Virus record (IMG/VR): IMGVR_UViG_3300013947_000024
Coordinates: 65,561-129,560 of that record
Source of the DNA: a virus
Lineage: Duplodnaviria > Caudoviricetes
Strand: one strand, 5' to 3'
DNA: 64,000 nt
The notes under the pieces are model-generated. The model was not told the origin of the DNA, did no database searches, and saw nothing but the letters and a program-made list of their open reading frames with translations. The translations under genes were made by a program, and so were the position numbers. Below, one piece after another: positions 48,250 through 55,781 of the stretch (positions are counted from its first letter, which is position 1; each line of letters starts with the position of its first letter).

Positions 48250-48858
48250 AGCAAGATGAATCGTTTTGCAGGTACCCCAACATCTTTTCGGGTAGCTCCG
48301 ATAAAACAAATGGAAGTACCGGGGCGCATTAAGGCAGAGCCGATGACCAAAGCATTAACTCTCCAGTTCATGAACGGGCTTGGGCATAGCCTCACTTTGG
48401 TGGAATATGTCCTTTATATCCCTCTCGCAAGAGGCGGCTTTACCCGAAAGGTTTAGTATCAGTGCAAATCTGATAGGAGGGCGGTAGAAACCAACTACAG
48501 GCGCGTAAGGACGCGTATGGCGGGGTAAACCCATTCCCCGTAACGGGCTGGCTTAACTGGCAAGATAAACCGCTCCCTTGACGCGGGATGTTCCCCGTCA
48601 AAATATGTGAAATTCATAGCTTAGTCCGTTATAGTCGGGAAGTATTCATAGGCGTTCCTCCGCCTATCGCACCCCAGAAATGGGCGCGCGGAAAATGGAG
48701 GAAACCTCACCCATTTTTGATTTTGCGGTATTATCCGCCACGGGTGAACAAATTCTGGTGCTACGAAACTGAATAAATCTTGTACAGTGATCGCGTGGTT
48801 TGATTCCACCTCAGTAAGCAGTAGTTAAATGGAGTTTGAGGAACAGCCAGAATATTTT

Positions 48859-48931
48859 GCTGAAATAGCACAATTGGTAGTGCAGTCGTTTTGTAAGCGA
48901 CGTGGCGTGGGTTCGATGCCTGCTTTCAGCG
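48859..48931 (+). tRNA. tRNA-Thr(UGU)
   Basis: gctgaaa/tttcagc, gtcgt-ttTGTaa-gcgac, ttcgatg T-loop; CCA not encoded. Confidence 0.9.
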
Positions 48932-48954
48932 CAATAATAAGCAACGGAGAGACT

Positions 48955-49560
48955 ATGAACAATTATACAAAGCTAACAGAAGCAACACTAAATCGTCTGA
49001 TCAGTGGTCATGACAAGGATGGCTACATCATCATTTCCGCTTCTCGTGGTGACAAAACAACCGAAGAAAACAACAAGAGATTTGCAGAGCTGAAAAAGAC
49101 GGTGAAGATGAACGGCTACTCTTTCATCCCTGTATTCGGCGGCTACAAGGAAGACGGCGGAGATGTTCTTGAAAAATCACTCTATGTACTTCCTATCAGC
49201 GCAAGCGGAGAAAGAACAGATTTTGAGCGGTTTATCGAAGACATGGTAGACATTGCCAGTGCATACGATCAGGAGGCAATTCTTGTCAAGAAGGTCGGGG
49301 AAGACCCGAGATACTACAACCTGAAAGACGCAACGATCGGCGCTCCGTTCACTGGCGTTACGGTGAATGATGTGCTTCAACAGTATTTCACCGCTCTTAA
49401 AAAGTGGGATACGGACAAGTACGGAGATTCGATTAAGGGTAGCCCGCAGAGATTCACATTTCAAGAGTTGTATCTTGACGAACAGCCTCGCACTATTGCG
49501 GGAGCACACATGCGAAGAAGCGATGGAGAGATTGTGTGCTACGATAGGAGCAAGAAGTGA
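48955..49560 (+). CDS. DUF3293-like hypothetical protein
   Basis: IISA.R....EEN..R..EL......G.Y.E...E.S...Y.QEAIL; RBS ggag. Confidence 0.6.
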   Translation: MNNYTKLTEATLNRLISGHDKDGYIIISASRGDKTTEENNKRFAELKKTVKMNGYSFIPVFGGYKEDGGDVLEKSLYVLPISASGERTDFERFIEDMVDIASAYDQEAILVKKVGEDPRYYNLKDATIGAPFTGVTVNDVLQQYFTALKKWDTDKYGDSIKGSPQRFTFQELYLDEQPRTIAGAHMRRSDGEIVCYDRSKK

Positions 49561-50405
49561 GTGTGCTGACAGAAGTAAGAGAAACCGAGGGCTTGTATTT
49601 TCAGGGTCCTTTTTGGCTGATTGGAGAATCTCTTTCTGATATTAACAGAGGGGCATTCACCATTCTTGCGGAGAAGTACCTTGTTAGATATGACGGTTCC
49701 CCTGTAAATCCAATCCCCGAATCACAATCTACACACAAGAGCATTTGGGAAAACAAGTATGAGGAACATTATAGCGTCCCGTACAACTACTATCCAAGGG
49801 GTAGGGTAGTTTTCTGCAATGGAAGGCTCTATCTGAATATTCCGGAGGGATTGAATGTAGAAGCTATTAAGCGAAGACTTCTGACGGAGTTTGATTATCG
49901 GAGAGATTTCGATAATGTCTTCTACAAGGATCCTACGACTGGAGGGCATTACAGTTTTCTGTTGGAGAGCGGAGCAAAGCAGTCGCTAAATGAGGATTCA
50001 CAACTCTATAAGGGCGTGTTTTGGATTGTCGATTTTGACATGGTGGAGAATAATCGACAGTATTGTTTTACCATCCCATCTGACGCAGATGGGAACCCGA
50101 CATCAGATGATCTCGACCTTAACGCAAAGAGCGGTAGAACATACAACCACGAGAAACTGTGGAATTCTCTCCCTGCGAGAATGAGATATGGGCATGGTTT
50201 CAAGTTCTATCCTCGTGGAAGGGTGGAAATCTCTCATGGGCAGGCTACAGTCTACCTTAATCCGCACATCAATACGGAAGATATACAGGAATTCATTAAG
50301 AGTGAGTTTAATCTTACTGAGAGAAACGGCATTAAAAAGGTAGCGTTCTTCTCAGACGGATCAGATCATTACAAATGTTACTTCGATACGGAGGAAATTA
50401 AATGA
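49557..50405 (+). CDS. Tandem 'PRGRV' domain protein
   Basis: Two copies of the G.FW..H..W..YPRGRV..HY domain linked by LLE/LNE. Confidence 0.65.
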   Translation: MSVLTEVRETEGLYFQGPFWLIGESLSDINRGAFTILAEKYLVRYDGSPVNPIPESQSTHKSIWENKYEEHYSVPYNYYPRGRVVFCNGRLYLNIPEGLNVEAIKRRLLTEFDYRRDFDNVFYKDPTTGGHYSFLLESGAKQSLNEDSQLYKGVFWIVDFDMVENNRQYCFTIPSDADGNPTSDDLDLNAKSGRTYNHEKLWNSLPARMRYGHGFKFYPRGRVEISHGQATVYLNPHINTEDIQEFIKSEFNLTERNGIKKVAFFSDGSDHYKCYFDTEEIK

Positions 50406-50626
50406 AACTGGCAATTACATCGTTTGTTTGTTCTCTTGTTTCGCTTGTCATCTTTTGGTGGCTTGGCATTGTTGGAGTATTCCTTGGTGTCACAGCTGTG
50501 TGTAGATGCGAGGGCGATCTTAATGACAAGAATTTAATCACTGGATTTTCTGTGGCTGGAATTGTCATCGGAGCAATTGGCGTTGTTTTGTATCTGTTCA
50601 TTCTTGCCACTCTTAGAGGCGTGTAA
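50402..50626 (+). CDS. Small membrane protein
   Basis: Hydrophobic throughout. Confidence 0.55.
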   Translation: MKLAITSFVCSLVSLVIFWWLGIVGVFLGVTAVCRCEGDLNDKNLITGFSVAGIVIGAIGVVLYLFILATLRGV

Positions 50627-50667
50627 ACTTGCTACAATCGACGAAGAGGCTTGCATGGAAGAATTAA

Positions 50668-50926
50668 TTTCAAGGATTTCATTCAGGCATTAAAAGGGAG
50701 AACCGCAATGGCGTTACGTGCGAGATTTCCGTCTCTCATCAATGAGAAACTATGGGGAGATCATTTCTGGTCTCCGTCTTACTTCTTGGCGACAGTAGGC
50801 GATGTTTCGCTTGATACACTCGTTAACTATGTAAACACACAAAGAAAGGAGTCTGTTGATGATGAAGAGGAACAAGGCGTTCAAGTACAGAATTTACCCA
50901 AATCAGAGTCAACGGATTCTAATTAG
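50668..50926 (+). pseudogene. tnpA: C-terminal half of Y1 transposase
   Basis: LKGRT..LR..FP....LWGDHFWSPSYF..TVG......YV.TQ; the HUH half is missing. Confidence 0.85.
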
Positions 50927-51947
50927 CAAAACATTTGGTTGTTGCAGATTCATCTACAATAAGATGCTTGAGGATAAGATCTCGTACTATCAAGAAAATG
51001 GCGAAACTCTTAAAAATACGCCAGCGCAATATAAGGGCGAGTTTGAATGGTTGACTGAAGTGGATAGTCAGGCGTTAGCAAATGAACAAATGCACTTACA
51101 ATCAGCTTTCAACAACTGCTTCAAGAATAAGAAATTTGGTTTTCCAAAATTCAAGTCGAAGAGGAAGACAAAACGTTCTTATTCAACTTGCTGTGTAAGC
51201 ATTAGAAAAGACGGATTACATCTTGGTAAACTCGGCAAGGTCAGTTTTAGATACCATAGAGAAATACCGAGCGACTACAAGATTAAGTCTGCTACAATAT
51301 CACAAAGCACATCTGGAAAGTATTACATTTCTATTCTAACAGAATATGAGTATGAAGTACCAGACAGAGAATTAGACAAATCAAAATCTATAGGTCTTGA
51401 TTATAGCTCTCATAACTTCTATGTCGATAGCCAAGGCACGGAGGCATTACAAGAGCATTATTTCAGGCAGATAGAAAAGGATTTGGCGAAGCAACAAAGA
51501 ATCTTATCTCATATGGTTCTCGGAAGCAATAACTACTACAAGCAATTACGCAAGGTCGGTAGAATTCACGAGAAAGCAAGCAACAAGAGAAAAGACTTTG
51601 TTGAAAAGTTATCGACTAAACTCTCGCGAGAATATGACATTGTTTGTGTCGAAGACTTAAATCTAAAAGGGATATCTCAATCACTTCGCCTTGGTAAAGC
51701 TACTATGGATAACGGGTTTGGAATATTTAGAGATAAACTTCAACAGAAACTTGAAATTCAAGGAAAGAAATTAGTCAAAATCAACAAGTGGTTCCCATCA
51801 AGTAAAATGTGTAATGTATGCGGTTGTATCAACCAAGGTCTTCACCTTAAAGACAGAGCGTGGACTTGTACTTGTGGAGCACACTTAAACCGCGACCTTA
51901 ATGCGGCAATTAACATACGCAACGAAGGATTAAGGCAACTCGCCTAA
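50856..51947 (+). CDS. tnpB: RNA-guided endonuclease TnpB
   Basis: AFKYRIYP, GLDY / VEDLN / RDLNAA, Zn finger. Confidence 0.95.
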   Translation: MMMKRNKAFKYRIYPNQSQRILISKTFGCCRFIYNKMLEDKISYYQENGETLKNTPAQYKGEFEWLTEVDSQALANEQMHLQSAFNNCFKNKKFGFPKFKSKRKTKRSYSTCCVSIRKDGLHLGKLGKVSFRYHREIPSDYKIKSATISQSTSGKYYISILTEYEYEVPDRELDKSKSIGLDYSSHNFYVDSQGTEALQEHYFRQIEKDLAKQQRILSHMVLGSNNYYKQLRKVGRIHEKASNKRKDFVEKLSTKLSREYDIVCVEDLNLKGISQSLRLGKATMDNGFGIFRDKLQQKLEIQGKKLVKINKWFPSSKMCNVCGCINQGLHLKDRAWTCTCGAHLNRDLNAAINIRNEGLRQLA

Positions 51948-52212
51948 TTCATCATTATAAAGAACCGCAGGAACTGCGGGGATAGCCTGTTGATACTGTG
52001 AGTCAATGCTCGTTGTGAAATTTTTAGCACAGCGATTAAACTTACTTGAGCAGGAAGCCATCCGACTTTAGTCGGTGGTGGTTCACCAGATGAAGAACTT
52101 GCATACGCTTGTGGCTATCGTGACGGCTTTCATAGAGCTATCGAGCTAATGAACGCACAGACTGAACAACTAATTAAACAAATGGACGCATTACAGGAGG
52201 ATAAAATAAAGT

Positions 52213-52455
52213 ATGGCAAATACGAAAAAGAAAACGGTGACTGCTGAAGAAGTAAAGGCGGAAGTGGTCGAGAATGTTGGAAAGATTGTCGAGAATATTC
52301 AGGAGGAAGAAGCGCTTGCAAAGAACGGAGTTACCGTTACAGAGCATCGTGTATTTTGGAAGTGCAAGTTTTGTAATAGAGTATTCCCGAGCAGAGCAGA
52401 GATGAAGAAGCATGTTGCGCACTGCCGACTGAATCCCGAAAACGAAGAAATGTAA
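52213..52455 (+). CDS. C2H2 Zn-finger protein
   Basis: WKCKFCNRVF......KKHVAHC. Confidence 0.65.
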   Translation: MANTKKKTVTAEEVKAEVVENVGKIVENIQEEEALAKNGVTVTEHRVFWKCKFCNRVFPSRAEMKKHVAHCRLNPENEEM

Positions 52456-52458
52456 CAG

Positions 52459-52541
52459 AATCTCCCTGCTTAACGGTGGGGAGATTTTTTTTGTTAAAAT
52501 AACGCCAAGTAGTTGACTTTAACGATTGTTTATGCTATAAT
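52459..52541 (+). promoter_or_regulatory. Terminator + early SigA promoter cassette
   Basis: aatctccc..gggagatt with a T-tract, then AAGTAG-TTGACT-N17-TATAAT. Confidence 0.85.
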
Positions 52542-52596
52542 TTGGTTAAACAAACGATCATTTTGAAGGCAAAATTAAACAAGGAGGATACACACG

Positions 52597-52800
52597 ATGA
52601 AATTATATTTTGAAAATTCCAGAGGAGAAAGACGAGAAATTGGATCTCCTCTTACGGAGGGCGAGGCTTTGGAAATGATTAACGACTTCTGCGCAGAGAG
52701 AAATTTCACTATCTATTACAGCCGCTCTTGGGTTACTCCTAAGGCAGAAAAATGGTATGATGTCGGAAGCCATACAGAATTTTTTGTTTTGGAGGGTTGA
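52597..52800 (+). CDS. Hypothetical early protein
   Basis: RBS aggagg; DVGSHTEFF motif. Confidence 0.6.
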   Translation: MKLYFENSRGERREIGSPLTEGEALEMINDFCAERNFTIYYSRSWVTPKAEKWYDVGSHTEFFVLEG

Positions 52801-53039
52801 GAATGAAGAAACAATACATTACATATGATTCTGGCATCGGCGACTTTCAAAAAACGATGGTTCTTTTTGAAGATGGTGTTATGGTGAAGAAATTCACATA
52901 TGGGCATGACATGCACCAGTATGTGATATATCAATATGAGAAACTTGGTTATGAGCTTGGATTTTTACCACAAGATGTTGAGGAAAAGAAAAAGGAGTAC
53001 AAATACATGAAGGCTCGAGAGATTGTGAGGAAGAAGTGA
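52797..53039 (+). CDS. Hypothetical protein
   Basis: Translationally coupled small ORF. Confidence 0.5.
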   Translation: MRMKKQYITYDSGIGDFQKTMVLFEDGVMVKKFTYGHDMHQYVIYQYEKLGYELGFLPQDVEEKKKEYKYMKAREIVRKK

Positions 53040-53905
53040 TGGGGCGGATTATTAACGGGAAAGAGATTGCTACAAAGATCAGAGCGGAGCTGGCGGATAA
53101 AATTAAATATCTAATTGAATTCGGCTATAGAGCGCCGTGTCTTACAGTCATTCAGGTAGGAGACGATCCTGCTTCTTCGACATATGTCCGCAACAAGAAG
53201 AAGGCATGTGAAGAGTGCGGAATCGAATGTAGAGACATTCATCTTCCCGACACGAGTAAAGAAGATGATCTTTTGCGCACCATCCGCTATCTGAATATTG
53301 ACAAAGAAGTTGACGGTATTCTTGTCCAGCTTCCTCTTCCTAAGCATATGAACGAGAGACGAGTTCTTGAGCATATCGCCATTAACAAAGATGTGGACGG
53401 ATTTGCCATTGCAAACGCTGGTAAATTGCTTATAGGTGAAGATTGCACACTCCCTTGTACTCCCGCAGGGGTAATTGAACTTCTTCGCTCTACAGGCGTT
53501 AATTTGGCTTCTAAGAACGCCGTCGTAATTGGGCGTAGTAACATTGTCGGTAAGCCGATGGCGCTTCTTCTCCAGCGAGAGAATATGAATGTAACAATGC
53601 TTCATTCTAAGACTTCGCAGGATGACATGGAGTTTTACTGTCGCCACGCCGATGTGGTTGTGGTCGCAACAGGACACGAGAACACGCTTACCGACAGGCA
53701 TTTCTACGGGGGCAAGAATCCGATTATTATTGATGTCGGAATCAACCGTGGCTCGGACGGAAAGCTTCATGGAGATGTTTCTGAAGAGGTGAAGGCGAAG
53801 TATTCAAGTTATTATACACCTACCCCTGGAGGAACTGGTCCTCTCACCATCGCAATGTTGATGAAGAATGTATTCAAGGCATACAAGAAGGATTTGGAGG
53901 CTTAA
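53036..53905 (+). CDS. folD: Methylenetetrahydrofolate dehydrogenase/cyclohydrolase
   Basis: YVRNK.KAC, GILVQLPLP, KDVDG, PCTPAG, GRSNIVGKP, DVGINR, PGG.GP.T.AML. Confidence 0.97.
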   Translation: MMGRIINGKEIATKIRAELADKIKYLIEFGYRAPCLTVIQVGDDPASSTYVRNKKKACEECGIECRDIHLPDTSKEDDLLRTIRYLNIDKEVDGILVQLPLPKHMNERRVLEHIAINKDVDGFAIANAGKLLIGEDCTLPCTPAGVIELLRSTGVNLASKNAVVIGRSNIVGKPMALLLQRENMNVTMLHSKTSQDDMEFYCRHADVVVVATGHENTLTDRHFYGGKNPIIIDVGINRGSDGKLHGDVSEEVKAKYSSYYTPTPGGTGPLTIAMLMKNVFKAYKKDLEA

Positions 53906-53908
53906 GCA

Positions 53909-54307
53909 ATGATTGAAATCTATGATGTTATCTATTCTGTATCTATTGACGGAGCACCGTATCGTCGAGTGTGCGGTGTGTTGGATGATGTATGGAAAGT
54001 GCTCTATGTAAAGCCAGAAAACGGAACTCTTTTGGAAAATGTGCCGTTCGATCAGGCATACCGCTTTGTTTCTACTCTGCCCATTAGTGGAGTCCATGCC
54101 ACAAGAACATGGATACGAAACAGACCGCAAATCAATATCATGTATGCTGGTGCGTTTCAGGACATTGCGATTACCAAGTGCAAGACATTTTCTCTTCGTG
54201 TGGATTGCAAGCTGAGAAATGTCACAATGAAGTGGCTACTGGATAATCTGTCTGTTGAAGATGCTACTCCGTACATCATTCAGCACGGATTGCAGTCATA
54301 TCTTTAA
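53909..54307 (+). CDS. Hypothetical protein
   Basis: RBS ggagg. Confidence 0.55.
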   Translation: MIEIYDVIYSVSIDGAPYRRVCGVLDDVWKVLYVKPENGTLLENVPFDQAYRFVSTLPISGVHATRTWIRNRPQINIMYAGAFQDIAITKCKTFSLRVDCKLRNVTMKWLLDNLSVEDATPYIIQHGLQSYL

Positions 54308-54319
54308 TAGGAGAGAAAG

Positions 54320-54628
54320 ATGGTTAAATCAATTGAATTTTTTGACAAAGAGGAAGATCTGAAAAATCTCACTGGTCTCACACACGACGAGCTATGGGCG
54401 TTCGGCTTCGACCTTGACGACTGGGACTGGGGTTTTGTCTCGGACGAGTGCTACACTAAAACGGTTGAAGCAGATGAAGACGACCCGTATTCATATCCGC
54501 ACGACGAAGTTCTATGGGATATTCCGCAGTATGTGCGACAGATTCTGAATATGATGGACTCTTACTGCGTCGGCTTTCATCACACAGAGTTCCGTGGAAG
54601 ACATTACTACATGCAGTACCACTCGTGA
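54320..54628 (+). CDS. Acidic hypothetical protein
   Basis: RBS aggag; LDDWDWG motif. Confidence 0.55.
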   Translation: MVKSIEFFDKEEDLKNLTGLTHDELWAFGFDLDDWDWGFVSDECYTKTVEADEDDPYSYPHDEVLWDIPQYVRQILNMMDSYCVGFHHTEFRGRHYYMQYHS

Positions 54629-54638
54629 ATTTTTCTTA

Positions 54639-54674
54639 AAAGTAGTTGACTTTTAGATGAGAATGTGATAGAAT
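54639..54674 (+). promoter_or_regulatory. Early SigA promoter
   Basis: AAAGTAG-TTGACT-N17(TG)-TAGAAT. Confidence 0.8.
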
Positions 54675-54705
54675 AGAACCATCAAAAGAAAGAGAGGGTT
54701 TCTCC

Positions 54706-54999
54706 ATGAAACTTGTCAAACTTAATGAATCTATGAGCGCATATCATTGTTATGATGATGGCGCAAATGAAGTAAGCGCAGAAAATTGCGTATATCTTGT
54801 GGTCGACAACGCAGAAGCCGTTGAACGCTTTATTGATGACTGTAACGATGAGTATTGCAGAGGTCTGTATGAGTATACTCCCTCCGCAGATAACTTCAAG
54901 AGTCGCCGTCTGTTTGCTTTTGATAGCGAAGAGAATATCTGGCGCGAAATCCCTTACGGACTCATCGAGGTTATCAAGAAGAAATTCTCCCGAGGATAA
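54706..54999 (+). CDS. Hypothetical protein with MKLVKLNE leader
   Basis: RBS gagg downstream of the promoter. Confidence 0.55.
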   Translation: MKLVKLNESMSAYHCYDDGANEVSAENCVYLVVDNAEAVERFIDDCNDEYCRGLYEYTPSADNFKSRRLFAFDSEENIWREIPYGLIEVIKKKFSRG

Positions 55000-55004
55000 G
55001 CGAT

Positions 55005-55766
55005 ATGTCAGAACGAGCAGAAGTATTTCAATTCTACGATGAGATCTCGTGTTGCAATAACGAAAATGCCGTTGATACAACCAAAAATCTTTTTGCTACT
55101 GCGAATATTGAGCAGGTATCGAAAACGCGTGGCGGAAAAACATATATAGTGAATGAAAACCGCTCACCGTATAATAGCGTGTTGTTTGCGCGATGGGTTA
55201 TGTGTTATCACAAGTCATTCCGCAAGTGGTTTAATCTTTATGACTTCTCTGCTGACCAGTGTCACGACCTGATTTATCTTGTGTTTCGTCGTGTTATGCA
55301 CACATTTAATACAGATGTACTGAATGATGAAAACGCAGAAAAGATTCTTGGGCAGTATGTTCATATGACGATTACAACGGCGTGCGCAGAACAGGCGAGA
55401 AGAGCGAGAGCGTATGGTTCAAATCTTGGTGACCCCAAGCAGAAGCATAGAAGAATTAACCCGAATGATTGCGTCGATATTGACGAAGCCTTCTATGTAG
55501 AAGATGATTCGCAGTGTCCTTCGTCAAACGATATGATGTATGACATTAAAGAGAAGCTAAAGAACAATCCTTACGGAGAGGCTGTTCTGAATGCTCTGTT
55601 GGATAGTGACAAGCGTGGCGCTATGAAAACATGGGAAGTCAGGAAGGCAATGAATCTGACAGAAGCAGAGCAGAAGAATCCAACGACCAAGAAGTATATC
55701 TTATCGGCGTATAAGAATATCAAGAATATCGTCGGTAGATACAGGGCGTCCATTGCATACTGTTAA
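55005..55766 (+). CDS. Putative phage sigma-factor-like protein
   Basis: Region-2-like pattern (D.CHDLIY.VF..VM.TF....ILGQYV...I) and C-terminal helical/HTH-like part. Confidence 0.4.
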   Translation: MSERAEVFQFYDEISCCNNENAVDTTKNLFATANIEQVSKTRGGKTYIVNENRSPYNSVLFARWVMCYHKSFRKWFNLYDFSADQCHDLIYLVFRRVMHTFNTDVLNDENAEKILGQYVHMTITTACAEQARRARAYGSNLGDPKQKHRRINPNDCVDIDEAFYVEDDSQCPSSNDMMYDIKEKLKNNPYGEAVLNALLDSDKRGAMKTWEVRKAMNLTEAEQKNPTTKKYILSAYKNIKNIVGRYRASIAYC

Positions 55767-55781
55767 GCAGAAAGGGCGACA

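Larger units (their letters stand above)
50668..52086 (+). mobile_element. IS605 element with 5'-truncated tnpA
   Basis: RE ends ggttcac; removal restores ORF MEEL-T-DEELAYACGYRDGF (50655..52247). Confidence 0.8.

Noticed and set aside
48829-48954. N-terminal extension of ORF 48829..49560
   Set aside because: Overlaps tRNA-Thr; the better start is ATG 48955 with RBS ggag.
34998-51947. Nuclease-dead TldR proteins
   Set aside because: All three TnpBs retain the RuvC acidic triad.
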